A stretch of DNA of 64,000 nt from an uncultured Gammaproteobacteria bacterium (GTDB lineage Bacteria > Patescibacteriota > Microgenomatia > Levybacterales > UBA12049): the NCBI GenBank assembly GCA_964490105.1, contig CAZAZU010000001.1, forward strand, positions 22,706-86,705, read 5' to 3'. The translations under genes were made by a program, and so were the position numbers. How positions within the stretch are numbered: position 1 is the stretch's first letter; every line of letters begins with the position of its first letter. Shown one piece after another: positions 26,444-36,079 of the stretch. Under the pieces are notes generated by a model that did not search any database, had not been told where the DNA came from, and saw only the letters and a list, made by a program, of their open reading frames with translations.

Positions 26444-27802
26444 ATGGTTTTTTATTTAAAATATCGCCCCAAGAAAATATCAGAACTTGATAGTAGTGAA
26501 CTTGTTGAAAAATTAACAAGCCTATTTAAAGGAAAACTTCCAGATAAAATTCCGCACGCATTTCTTTTTACTGGTCCAAAAGGACTTGGTAAAACTTCTA
26601 CAGCTAGAATTCTTGCAAAAGCCATAAATTGTACAAATAGAAAACCTACGGAAATTGAACCATGTAATAAGTGTGAATCATGTAATTCCATTAATAACGG
26701 ATCCAATTTAGATGTGTTAGAAATTGACGGCGCAAGTAATAGAGGAATTGATGAGATACGGGATTTGCGAGAAAAAATAAGACTTTCTCCCGTAAGTTCT
26801 CTAAAGAAAATTTATATTATTGACGAGGTGCATATGTTAACAACTGAAGCTTTTAATGCCCTTCTAAAAACTTTAGAGGAGCCGCCAGATCATGCGTTTT
26901 TTATTCTATGTACCACTGAGGTTCAAAAAGTTCCGGAGACAATTCTTTCTAGATGTACAAATATTAAATTCTCTAAAGCAACTCTTGCTGACTTCACAAG
27001 TTCTTTTGGGCGCATCGCAAAAGGTGAAGAGCTAAAAATAGAAAAAGAAGCGCTTGCTCAAATAGCCAGACTTTCTGATGGCTCATTTAGAGACGGAGCA
27101 AAAATACTTGAAGAGTTAAGTGCATCGAGCAAAGAAATAACTCTAGACTTAATTGAAAAGAAATATAAAACTCAGTCCATTGATAAATCTGTTTTGGACT
27201 TGATAGAAAGTTTTGAAAAAAAAGATTCAAAAAAGGGAATTAAAATTGTTTCGGACTTAGCAAATGACTCGTCTGATTTTAAAATTATTGTCGAGACATT
27301 AATCGATAGACTCCATAAAAATTTAATTGCACAAATTGGGGGAGAAAAATCATCAGGTTTGAGCTTATCGGAAACTAAAAATCTTATTGAGATGCTGGTG
27401 AAAACTCATGTCAGCATTAAATATGCAGTTCTTCCTCAGCTTCCATTAGAGCTTACTATTATAGAATGGGCTAGTTTGTCCGTTGCCCCAATTGAAGCTC
27501 AGATAGAGGTTAAAGAAGCGATTAGAGTTGAGCCAGCGATAAAAAAGCCTCTTCCCAAAACCACGGAAAATGATAATATATTAGAATCTCTGATTGAAGA
27601 AATTAAGAAAGAGAATTTCTCAATTGCAGGAGTTTTAAGAGGTTGTAAGATAGAGAAATCAACTGAGAAGGAACTAACTCTTTCAACTAGTTTTAAGTTT
27701 CATAAAGAAAGATTAAGCGAAGAGAAAATTATAAAATTAATAGAAGAAAAGATTGAAAAAATTACGGGCAAAAAAATTAAATTTTCAGTTGAATTAAAGT
27801 AA
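26444..27802 (+). CDS. dnaX: DNA polymerase III subunit gamma/tau
   Basis: GPKGLGKTSTARILAKAINC, IIDEVHML, zinc module CNKCESC, LEEPP. Confidence 0.92.
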   Translation: MVFYLKYRPKKISELDSSELVEKLTSLFKGKLPDKIPHAFLFTGPKGLGKTSTARILAKAINCTNRKPTEIEPCNKCESCNSINNGSNLDVLEIDGASNRGIDEIRDLREKIRLSPVSSLKKIYIIDEVHMLTTEAFNALLKTLEEPPDHAFFILCTTEVQKVPETILSRCTNIKFSKATLADFTSSFGRIAKGEELKIEKEALAQIARLSDGSFRDGAKILEELSASSKEITLDLIEKKYKTQSIDKSVLDLIESFEKKDSKKGIKIVSDLANDSSDFKIIVETLIDRLHKNLIAQIGGEKSSGLSLSETKNLIEMLVKTHVSIKYAVLPQLPLELTIIEWASLSVAPIEAQIEVKEAIRVEPAIKKPLPKTTENDNILESLIEEIKKENFSIAGVLRGCKIEKSTEKELTLSTSFKFHKERLSEEKIIKLIEEKIEKITGKKIKFSVELK

Positions 27803-27818
27803 GTAGGGAGGTGATTTT

Positions 27819-28097
27819 ATGAACAATCCATTTGGACAAATAGGCGAACTTAAGAAAATGAGAGATCAGGCGATGCAAATTCAGCGTTTGCTCTCTGCTG
27901 AGGAAGTAGAAGTTAACAAAAACGGAGTTGATATAACAATCACTGGGGATCAAAAAATTAAAGAAATTAAGACAAACGGAAGATCAGACAACGATATTAA
28001 AGAAGCTATTAACGAAGCCGTTAAAAAATCTCAAGAAGTTGCAGCGAAAAAACTTGCAGGAATGCAGGGCGGTCTCGGAGGACTTTTAGGAAAATAA
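27819..28097 (+). CDS. ybaB: nucleoid-associated protein YbaB/EbfC
   Basis: Conserved dnaX-ybaB-recR context; GVDITITGDQKIKEI; strong SD GGGAGGTG. Confidence 0.85.
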   Translation: MNNPFGQIGELKKMRDQAMQIQRLLSAEEVEVNKNGVDITITGDQKIKEIKTNGRSDNDIKEAINEAVKKSQEVAAKKLAGMQGGLGGLLGK

Positions 28098-29002
28098 TGT
28101 TAATTTTTAGCGGGACTTCGAATCCCGCACTTGCTAAAAAAATTGCTGAAAAATTAGATACCAAGCTTTCTTCATTGGAGATTTTTAAATTTCCAGATAA
28201 GGAAGTTAGGGTTAGGGTTTTGGAAAACGTTTTAGATAAGCATGCGATTGTTGTGCAATCTACAGGAGTGCACCCAAACCACTACTACATGCAGTTGTTT
28301 TTCATCTTAGACGCTTTAAAGAGAAGCGGAGGATCAGAGGTAACATTAGTAATTCCATATTTAGGATATCAAAGACAAGACCATATTTTTAGAAGCGGAG
28401 AAGCGGTTTCGCTTGAGGTAATCGTAAATCTCATAAAAGCAATGAAAGTCGATCGCGTTATTTCATTTGATCTTCACGCGCCAAGAATTGCGGATTTTTT
28501 TATTAATAAAAAAATTAAGATGGATCATCTTTCGGCTCTTCCTGTTTTTGCAAAAGAAATAGAGAAAATGGATTTGAAAAATGTAGTTTTGGTAAGTCCT
28601 GATATGGGAGGAATAAGAAGAATTAAAATTTTAGCTGGCCTTTTGAATCAGGATGTGCCATGTATTTCAGTTGAAAAAAATAGAGATTTAAATACTGGTG
28701 AAATTGAATCAAATAAAATAAATGGAGAAGTTAAGGAAATTGCAGTTATAGTGGATGACATGATTTCTACAGGAAACACTCTTATAGCAGCAGCAAATTT
28801 ACTTAAAAAAAACGGAGCAGAGGAGGTTTATGTTTTTGCAACACATGGAATTTTTGCGGGGGAAGCGCCAATAAATCTTCAGAAATCTATTATAAAAAGA
28901 GTAACAGTAGCAGACACCATAGAGGTTAGGGCTAAGCGAAAATTTGAAAAACTCCATGTAGTTTCTGTTTCTCCTTTAATAGCCGAAGCACTTAAGAAAT
29001 GA
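28097..29002 (+). CDS. prs: ribose-phosphate pyrophosphokinase
   Basis: PRPP-binding loop VIVDDMISTGNTL; N-terminal domain pattern. Confidence 0.9.
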   Translation: MLIFSGTSNPALAKKIAEKLDTKLSSLEIFKFPDKEVRVRVLENVLDKHAIVVQSTGVHPNHYYMQLFFILDALKRSGGSEVTLVIPYLGYQRQDHIFRSGEAVSLEVIVNLIKAMKVDRVISFDLHAPRIADFFINKKIKMDHLSALPVFAKEIEKMDLKNVVLVSPDMGGIRRIKILAGLLNQDVPCISVEKNRDLNTGEIESNKINGEVKEIAVIVDDMISTGNTLIAAANLLKKNGAEEVYVFATHGIFAGEAPINLQKSIIKRVTVADTIEVRAKRKFEKLHVVSVSPLIAEALKK

Positions 29003-29601
29003 AAGTACCCAAATCTATCCAAAATTTAATCGAGTCGTTCGAGAAGCTACCTGGTGTTGGTCCAAAAACCGCACAGCGTCTGACTTTTTATCTTCTTCAT
29101 GTACCGCAATATGAGCTTGATAAGTTCGCCGAAAGTCTAACTTCACTAAAAACAGGTACTACAATTTGCTCTAATTGCTTTACTGTAGGAGAAAGTGATC
29201 CATGCGAAATTTGCGAAGATAAGTCACGTGATCAGGGATTAATATGTGTAGTTGAAGAGCCGCTTGATGTTTTAGCACTTGAGCGTGGAGGAAAATATAA
29301 AGGTGTTTATCATGTATTGCACGGAAGAATTGACCCATTAAATAATATCGGGCCGGATGAGATTTATATTGATAAGTTATTAGAAAGAATCAAAAAATCA
29401 CAAATTACTGAAATAATTTTAGCGACAAATCCCACCATGGAAGGTGAGGCTACTGCTATGTATATCACTAAACAAATTAAAATAGAAAACCCTGATATTA
29501 GGTTAACTAGAATTGGACGCGGTTTGCCAATAGGCGCGGATTTAGAGTATGCTGATGAAATAACCCTCCAGCGGGCGCTTGAGGGAAGAAGTGAGCTATG
29601 A
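28999..29601 (+). CDS. recR: recombination protein RecR
   Basis: HhH LPGVGPKTAQRL, C4 zinc finger CSNCF...CEICED, Toprim. Confidence 0.92.
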   Translation: MKVPKSIQNLIESFEKLPGVGPKTAQRLTFYLLHVPQYELDKFAESLTSLKTGTTICSNCFTVGESDPCEICEDKSRDQGLICVVEEPLDVLALERGGKYKGVYHVLHGRIDPLNNIGPDEIYIDKLLERIKKSQITEIILATNPTMEGEATAMYITKQIKIENPDIRLTRIGRGLPIGADLEYADEITLQRALEGRSEL

Positions 29602-30335
29602 ATCAACTCGGAAGCTTTGAAGATGTAATTGAAAAGGGACAAAGTGGTGTTAAGCAGGCTGTAAAATCAGCGCAAGCTGGGGTAGGGAGTTTTGCAAATA
29701 CAGCTGCAGGGCAAACTTCAAATTCAGCGCCAACTGACAATGGGGTTAACGAAACAAACGGCGCAAATCCAGCTCAGCAGCAAATGTCAGATGATGATGC
29801 TCAGAAATTTTTACAGGATTTGTATGGTGTAAAAAAACCGGCCCAGGATCCAAATCAGCAAAACCAACCCGTTCAAGCAAATCCTGCGCCAGCAAAAAAG
29901 CCAACTCAAAATCAGCAAACTGTAAAAGCTGCACTGGGTTTGGAACGCGCTAAAAAGCCTCAGGAAAAAGCACCCACACCTAAAGAAACAATTAAAGCAG
30001 CACTAGGACTTCCTGGAGAAAAACCTCACGATGGTGCTCCAACTACGAAAGAAACTATTAAGAATGCGATGGGAATTCCTGAAATTGCTACAGATCCCAG
30101 AACTCCGGAAGAATTAGCAAAAATAGAAGCATTAAGAGGGCAACTTCATGGAGAGTATTATCAAAAACTTACAAAACCGCAGCAGCAAGAAGAGGAAAGT
30201 GTTGTCGATAAACTGGAAAGAGAAGATCAGGAGAAAAAAATGGAAGACTTAGAAACTCAAAAAGAAAAACCGCCGCCATTACCATCGACAGTAAAACAGG
30301 GAACTGGAGAAAATGTCGTTGGAGTCTCAGGCTAA
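29598..30335 (+). CDS. low-complexity Gln/Pro-rich hypothetical protein with internal KETIKAALGLP repeats
   Basis: Three copies of KETIK-A-[LM]G[LI][PE]; translationally coupled to recR. Confidence 0.5.
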   Translation: MNQLGSFEDVIEKGQSGVKQAVKSAQAGVGSFANTAAGQTSNSAPTDNGVNETNGANPAQQQMSDDDAQKFLQDLYGVKKPAQDPNQQNQPVQANPAPAKKPTQNQQTVKAALGLERAKKPQEKAPTPKETIKAALGLPGEKPHDGAPTTKETIKNAMGIPEIATDPRTPEELAKIEALRGQLHGEYYQKLTKPQQQEEESVVDKLEREDQEKKMEDLETQKEKPPPLPSTVKQGTGENVVGVSG

Positions 30336-30354
30336 TTTAGGGTAAAATAAGTGG

Positions 30355-31662
30355 ATGAGAATTTATAATTCACTAACTCGCGCTGTTGAAGATTTTAAGC
30401 CCCAATCTGACACTGTAACAATTTATACTTGCGGACCCACTACTTATGACTTCATGCACGTAGGAAATCTTAGAACTTTTCTTATGGCTGATCTTTTTGA
30501 AAGAGCGCTCCGGTTTGATAATTTTAAATTGAAAACAGTTCAAAATATAACTGATATTGACGATAAAATTATCAAGCGTGCGGAGGAAAGAGGAATTGGA
30601 ATTGCAGATCTTTCTCATGAATTTGAGGAACACTTTTTTTCTGATATTAAGAGTTTGAATATCTTACCTAAAGATGTTGTTACAAAAGCGACCAGCTATG
30701 TACAAAAAATGGAGGATTATATCGCAACGCTTATCGAAAAGGGATTTGCGTATGTGGAGTCAGACGGATCTGTTTATTTCGATATTTCTAAATTTCCGCA
30801 GTATGGAAAGCTTTCAAGAATTGAAGCGAAAAATTTAAAAACAGGGACGAGAGTTTTATCTGACGAATATTCAAAGGATGATATTCAGGATTTTGCACTT
30901 TGGAAAGCTGAGCCAAAAGATAATGTGGGTTATGCATCACAGTGGGGATGGGGAAGACCCGGCTGGCATATAGAGTGTTCTGTAATGAGTCAGGAAAACC
31001 TGGGTGAAATTCTGGATGTTCATATGGGAGGAATCGATTTACTTTTTCCGCATCATGAAAACGAAATTGCCCAATCAGAAGCCAAAACTGGAAAGAAGTT
31101 TGTAAATTACTGGATTCACGGCGCATTTATTTTGGTGGACGGGAAAAAGATGAGTAAGTCGCTTGGGAATTTTTATAAATTAAAGGATGTTACAGATAAA
31201 AGAATTGACCCGCTAGCTTTAAGATATTTATATCTCCAGACTCATTACAGACAGGAAATGAATTTTACCTGGGAAGCACTTGAAGCTGCGCAAACAGCTT
31301 TAAATAAACTGCGAAGAAATTATGCAGATGCAAATTCTGGGGATGTTAAATTGCCGGAAGGTTTTTCAATAGCTATAAATGATGATTTAAATTTGCCGCG
31401 TGCACTTGGTGTCGTTTGGGAAAATATTTCATCGCTCTCTAAGGAAACTCTAGATAAGATCGACTTAGTTTTAGGTTTGAATTTATCTCAAAAAGAAGAA
31501 GAGGTTGATGTGCCTTCGGAAATTAAAGAAATGGCAAATAAAAGGGAAGAGCTTAGGAAATCTGGAAATTATGACGAAGCAGATCGCGTGAGGTCAGAAA
31601 TTGAAAATAAAGGATTTATAGTTGAAGATTCAAAAGGCGAAATAAAAATCAGGAAAGCTTAA
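30355..31662 (+). CDS. cysS: cysteinyl-tRNA synthetase
   Basis: CGPTTYDFMHVGNLRT (HIGH-class motif), KMSKSLGN. Confidence 0.92.
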   Translation: MRIYNSLTRAVEDFKPQSDTVTIYTCGPTTYDFMHVGNLRTFLMADLFERALRFDNFKLKTVQNITDIDDKIIKRAEERGIGIADLSHEFEEHFFSDIKSLNILPKDVVTKATSYVQKMEDYIATLIEKGFAYVESDGSVYFDISKFPQYGKLSRIEAKNLKTGTRVLSDEYSKDDIQDFALWKAEPKDNVGYASQWGWGRPGWHIECSVMSQENLGEILDVHMGGIDLLFPHHENEIAQSEAKTGKKFVNYWIHGAFILVDGKKMSKSLGNFYKLKDVTDKRIDPLALRYLYLQTHYRQEMNFTWEALEAAQTALNKLRRNYADANSGDVKLPEGFSIAINDDLNLPRALGVVWENISSLSKETLDKIDLVLGLNLSQKEEEVDVPSEIKEMANKREELRKSGNYDEADRVRSEIENKGFIVEDSKGEIKIRKA

Positions 31663-31988
31663 CCTTTTACTTCAGAAGGTGTTATATTTGTCGCTGTCGT
31701 TACGTTTTTAGTTGTTTCCACGGGTTTTGAAGTTAACGTAGGAGTTTCACTTACACCTGGTGTAGGGTACAGTGGGGGAACCGGTCTACCTCTTTTTACA
31801 TTACCTTCTTCCTCGTACCATGTAGCATTTCCCAAAAGTTTATCAGCAATTATATGTTCGTCTGTTGCCGGAACTGAAGGGACATTCACATTAGCTTCAA
31901 GGACTCTTTTATCTGCTTGTAAAGCTTGATCAGGAGTCATTATGTGTCTGTTTCTCCCAATGAAATCTTTAAGTGCTCTAATCGTCAT
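31659..31988 (-). CDS. hypothetical protein (109 aa) with Pro/Thr-rich C-terminus
   Basis: ORF convergent with and overlapping cysS by 4 nt; no motif. Confidence 0.45.
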   Translation of the reverse strand: MTIRALKDFIGRNRHIMTPDQALQADKRVLEANVNVPSVPATDEHIIADKLLGNATWYEEEGNVKRGRPVPPLYPTPGVSETPTLTSKPVETTKNVTTATNITPSEVKG

Positions 31989-32090
31989 ACCTTAAATTTA
32001 ATATAGCAAATCTAATCTCACTTGACAAAATTCTGACACAAAAAACTGTCAAGTATTTGATCAAGACATGGTTTATGCTAGTCTTTAGTA

Positions 32091-33029
32091 ATGCTCTTAG
32101 TTGATTTAATTATTTATATAGCTTCTTTCTTTTTTATTTGGTTAGGATCAGGATTTATTGTTTCTTCAACCAGTAAATTCTCAGAAAAATTAAAACTATC
32201 GTCGTTTGCAGTTTCCTTTTTACTTTTAGGAGTTTTAACATCTACACCTGAGTTTTCAGTTGGACTCCAGTCTGTAGCAGATCATAATCCCGGGATTTTT
32301 GTAGGAAATTTGCTTGGAGGTATTGTGGTTATTTTTCTTCTAATTATTCCGCTTTTGGCGATTTTTGGAAATGGAATAAATCTAAGGCATGAAATGGACA
32401 ATAAAACACTTTTGGCCACAATGGGAGTAATTCTTGCTCCTTCGGTTACGGTACTGGATAAAAAAGTGACCAATTTAGAGGGATTAGTATTAATTATTTT
32501 ATATCTAATTTTAGTGTTTGCTGTTCAAAGAAAAAATGGTCTTTTTAATCGCGATAATAATAGACTTTTAGAGAAGAAGTCTTATTCGTTTAAAGATATT
32601 CTTAAAATTTTAATTGGAGTTGCAATCGTATTTATCTCAAGCAGTTTAATTGTAGATAAGACTACACTTTTTGCCGAAGTATTAAATGTTCCCGTTTTTT
32701 ATATCGGTTTAATTGTTATTGCGCTTGGAACTGATTTACCCGAGATGACATTGGCTGTCAGATCTGTTATAAGCGGGAAGAAAGATATTGCGATGGGAGA
32801 TTATGTTGGAGCCGGAGCAGCTTCGACACTTTTATTTGGTATTTTTACTATTTTAAATAAAGGGGAAGTTATTACAGTAAGTAGTTTTATTTTTACATTT
32901 GGATTTATAGCATCAGCATTAGGGTTGTTCTATTATTTCTCAAGAGCTAAAAATTTTATATCTAGAAAAAATGGGATATTTATGGTTGGTATTTATGTGG
33001 CATTTATAATCTTTGAAGTTACACGCTAG
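32091..33029 (+). CDS. Ca2+/cation antiporter (CaCA family, YrbG-like)
   Basis: Alpha-repeats GVLTSTPEFSVGL and ALGTDLPEMTLAV; ~10 TM helices. Confidence 0.75.
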   Translation: MLLVDLIIYIASFFFIWLGSGFIVSSTSKFSEKLKLSSFAVSFLLLGVLTSTPEFSVGLQSVADHNPGIFVGNLLGGIVVIFLLIIPLLAIFGNGINLRHEMDNKTLLATMGVILAPSVTVLDKKVTNLEGLVLIILYLILVFAVQRKNGLFNRDNNRLLEKKSYSFKDILKILIGVAIVFISSSLIVDKTTLFAEVLNVPVFYIGLIVIALGTDLPEMTLAVRSVISGKKDIAMGDYVGAGAASTLLFGIFTILNKGEVITVSSFIFTFGFIASALGLFYYFSRAKNFISRKNGIFMVGIYVAFIIFEVTR

Positions 33030-33067
33030 CTTGATCCAGCCTTATCTTTCCGTTCGCCTTACCTACT

Positions 33068-33083
33068 ATTCGTAGCGCGGCTC
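33068..33083 (+). promoter_or_regulatory. GC-rich conserved motif ATTCGTAGCGCGGCTC (copy 2), upstream of a TTGACA -35 at 33133
   Basis: Exact 16-nt repeat of 25728-25743. Confidence 0.5.
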
Positions 33084-33168
33084 TCGGAGCGATTATTGGC
33101 GGATCTTCGTCGGTTTGAAATAACAGATCTCCTTGACAACTTTTTCTAAACTGGGTAGTCTAGAGTAG

Positions 33169-33873
33169 ATGGAGAAAATTTTTAAAAACCTCTTACTTAC
33201 ATTAGCAATCATTCTTCTTGCTGGTGTATTTTATACCACTAACTCTTTTGCGAATGAAGATGGGCAGTCTGATGTCACTCCTGAGATAACTCAGTCTGCG
33301 GATACCACTCCTACAATAAAAAGATTTAGGCCCGAAAATGCTAAGGAGAGGATTCAAAATGCAAAGGAAAAAAACCAGGAACTTAAAGAAAAAAGAGATG
33401 CCAGGATCACTGAAATGAAACTAAAGAGGGAAGAGAAATTATCAGAAGCTAGATTAAAGATTTGTGAAGCTCGAGAAAAGAATATTGAAAATCGTGTTGA
33501 GATGATGAAAAAAAGAGCGGAAGTAATTCACAAAGGACACGAAAAAATATACCAAAGGGTTGATCAATTTTATAACAATAAGTTAGTTCCAAATGGATAC
33601 ATACTCTCGAATTATGCAGAACTGAAAGCAGAAGTTGCGGCAAATAAAGAAAACGTAAAGACTGCTCTTGAAACTGCAAAAGCAAGTCGTGAAGAATTTG
33701 ATTGCAATTCAACTGATCCAAAAGCTCAGGTGGATGTATTTAAGGAAGATATGAAGGAATTGATAGAAGCGAATAAAGCATATAAAGAATCAATCCATAC
33801 TTTTGTAAAAGCAGTCCGCGATTTAGCAAAAACAGTAACGCCGGTACCAACAGCGGGGGAGGTAGCTCCATAA
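33169..33873 (+). CDS. secreted Lys/Glu-rich coiled-coil hypothetical protein
   Basis: Signal peptide LLLTLAIILLAGVFYTTNSFA; charged heptad-like repeats. Confidence 0.55.
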   Translation: MEKIFKNLLLTLAIILLAGVFYTTNSFANEDGQSDVTPEITQSADTTPTIKRFRPENAKERIQNAKEKNQELKEKRDARITEMKLKREEKLSEARLKICEAREKNIENRVEMMKKRAEVIHKGHEKIYQRVDQFYNNKLVPNGYILSNYAELKAEVAANKENVKTALETAKASREEFDCNSTDPKAQVDVFKEDMKELIEANKAYKESIHTFVKAVRDLAKTVTPVPTAGEVAP

Positions 33874-34241
33874 TGAATCCTACAGATAATTCAACTCAAC
33901 TTAATTCTGTGCCAATTACGCCTTCTAGTCCGGCCCCGGAAAAAGTAGGTAATCCAGTGCCAAAAACCGAAAAGAAATTTCTTTTATACGGAGCTTTGAT
34001 TGGTGTAGTTGTCGTAGCTCTTGTTGGGATCGTTGGATTTTATTTAATGTATGCACCAAAGCAAGCAAATAATGAAGTGGCTTCGGTACCTGTGGTTAAA
34101 GATCAGGAATCGGATCCTGAAAATGAAACAACTCCGTTAGAAGAAGCATCAGAACTAGATAATCTTATTGTCGGTCTTGCTCAGGCAGATGGAGAACTTG
34201 ATGATGAATTAGCAGCGTTAAATAAGGATTCAGACTTCTAG
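33873..34241 (+). CDS. single-pass membrane hypothetical protein, translationally coupled (ATAATG overlap)
   Basis: TM helix LLYGALIGVVVVALVGIVGFYLMY. Confidence 0.5.
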   Translation: MNPTDNSTQLNSVPITPSSPAPEKVGNPVPKTEKKFLLYGALIGVVVVALVGIVGFYLMYAPKQANNEVASVPVVKDQESDPENETTPLEEASELDNLIVGLAQADGELDDELAALNKDSDF

Positions 34242-34337
34242 TACCTCTTACTACAAAATTCATACATTTCTTTAGCACTTATCATAACTTTTAAGTTTAG
34301 TATTTAGCATATATGAATTGGGAGGAGGTGAAAATTT

Positions 34338-34481
34338 ATGCCACAATCAACACGTGGAAGAGGATGGTTTGGGGATTCTGAAGCTCATTCAAAAGCTGGC
34401 AGAAAAGGCGGACTTGCTAGAAGTAGAAAAGTCAGCTTAAGCAATGAAAACATCCAAAATAATAAGGCCAATCGTAATTAA
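34338..34481 (+). CDS. KGG-repeat stress-induced small protein (YciG-like, 47 aa; not in ORF track)
   Basis: RGWFGDSEAHSKAGRKGG matches the KGG stress motif; strong SD GGGAGGAGGTG 8 nt upstream. Confidence 0.6.
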   Translation: MPQSTRGRGWFGDSEAHSKAGRKGGLARSRKVSLSNENIQNNKANRN

Positions 34482-34501
34482 TGCCTTCGTTTGCAAATTA
34501 T

Positions 34502-34533
34502 AACAGCCCTGCAATAAGGGCTGTTATTTTTTT
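34502..34533 (+). terminator. rho-independent terminator AACAGCCCT-gcaata-AGGGCTGTT + TTTTTTTT
   Basis: 9-bp GC-containing stem, 6-nt loop, 8-T run. Confidence 0.8.
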
Positions 34534-34774
34534 GGTAAACCCTTGCAATTTTCTTACCAGATTAAAAATTATATTTAACAATAGAACACTATTATGTGTA
34601 TATGAAAACATTAACATACACTCAAACACCAGTTATTAATTTTGTAATGCCAAGAGTTTCTGTTAAAAATCATTTAAAAAATATTAATTCTGATTTAGGA
34701 AAATATGTTCCCAAAAAAGTGTCACACACATTTAAAAGCTTCATGATTATATTTACGTATCAGGTTTAAAAAGT

Positions 34775-35320
34775 ATGGGAAACATTATAGGAGTCTTTCC
34801 AGATAAGGAGGCAGCAGATGTTGCCTTTTTTAATTTAACGAAAGCCGGTTATAGAAGCCAGGATGTTTCTGTAATCCTAAAAGAAGAGCTGATTTTAAAT
34901 AAAGAACAGGGACAGAAGGGCGGAATTGCATCAACATATTTTTCGGTAACCAATACCGTTAATGGGGCGGTAAAGGGGATTAGCAGAATTGCATCAGGGT
35001 TAAGTGCGATTTTCATTCCAGGACTCGGTGCTGTAATAATTGCCGGTCCCTTAGCATCTGTGTTGGGAGTTACACGAGCAACAGCAGTCACGATCTCAGG
35101 AGTTATAACTGGTGTCCTGTCAGGTGGTTTAGCAGCCGGGCTAATTGAGTTAGGATTCAAAAAAGGCAATGCAAATTTTTACGAAAAGCTTGTTAATAAG
35201 GGCGGGGTCGTAGTTTGTGTTCCAGTTATTAAGGATTATAGCCCTGATCAAATAAGACAAATTTTTATGGAAAACGGGGGAAGCTATATTAAGGAATTAG
35301 GTACTAAAAGATATAAATAG
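34775..35320 (+). CDS. general stress protein 17M (YflT)-like N-terminal domain fused to glycine-zipper membrane segment
   Basis: GVFPDKEAADVAFFNLTKAGYRSQDVSVI; GLGAVIIAGPLASVLGVT...GVLSGGLAAGLI glycine-rich TM. Confidence 0.5.
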   Translation: MGNIIGVFPDKEAADVAFFNLTKAGYRSQDVSVILKEELILNKEQGQKGGIASTYFSVTNTVNGAVKGISRIASGLSAIFIPGLGAVIIAGPLASVLGVTRATAVTISGVITGVLSGGLAAGLIELGFKKGNANFYEKLVNKGGVVVCVPVIKDYSPDQIRQIFMENGGSYIKELGTKRYK

Positions 35321-35416
35321 AAATCTTCAGGCTAAGCTCCGTGTAAATTCTTACCGATCTCTTACTTGTTTTTAATTAAAAGTAATGTAAGAATTGTGAG
35401 AAAATAGATAAGTAAT

Positions 35417-36079
35417 ATGGTTCAAAATATTTTATTAGTTGAAGACGATAAAAATATCAGAGAATTTGTTCAGCAGGCACTTCTTGAAGCGGGATTTAAG
35501 GTAGTTTCGACACCTGATGGGGCCCAAGCATTAAAATTAATTAAAGACGGAAATGTTGATTTGGTAGTTTTGGATTTAGGAATTGAAAGTATAAGCGGGG
35601 AAACTGTTTGTATAGAAGCAAAGAAGATGTATCCCGATCTACCAATCATTATTCTAACCGCAAAAAATAAAGCAGAAGATGTAGTGACCGGATTAGGATT
35701 AGGAGCAGATGATTATATTTCAAAACCATTTGATCTTGAAGAACTATTAGCGAGAATAAGGACTCGTTTGAAAAAAAATACTTCACACCTGTTAGAAATA
35801 GATGATCTAAGATTAAATACTCAATCATTGGAAGTATTTAGAAATGATAAGAAGATTGATTTAACCGCAAAGGAAATTAGACTATTAGAATACTTAATGA
35901 CTAACAAGGGAGTTGTGTTAAGCCGTGAAAGAATCCTAAATCATATTTGGGCTTATTCACCAGATGTAGAAACTAGAGTAGTAGATGTTTACATCGGTTA
36001 TTTACGAAATAAAATCGATAAGGGGCATAGCAGGCCTCTTATTGAATCGGTTCGTGGATTCGGTTATGTAATAAAATAA
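35417..36079 (+). CDS. OmpR-family two-component response regulator
   Basis: Receiver ILLVEDD...LVVLDLGI; winged-helix LTAKEIRLLEYLMTNKGVVLSRERIL...GFGYVIK. Confidence 0.9.
   Translation: MVQNILLVEDDKNIREFVQQALLEAGFKVVSTPDGAQALKLIKDGNVDLVVLDLGIESISGETVCIEAKKMYPDLPIIILTAKNKAEDVVTGLGLGADDYISKPFDLEELLARIRTRLKKNTSHLLEIDDLRLNTQSLEVFRNDKKIDLTAKEIRLLEYLMTNKGVVLSRERILNHIWAYSPDVETRVVDVYIGYLRNKIDKGHSRPLIESVRGFGYVIK

Noticed and set aside
34573-34760. Possible ~55-aa ORF (MKTLTYTQTPVINF...) between the KGG terminator and the YflT-like gene
   Set aside because: No Shine-Dalgarno or promoter, no recognisable motif, very AT-rich; left unannotated.
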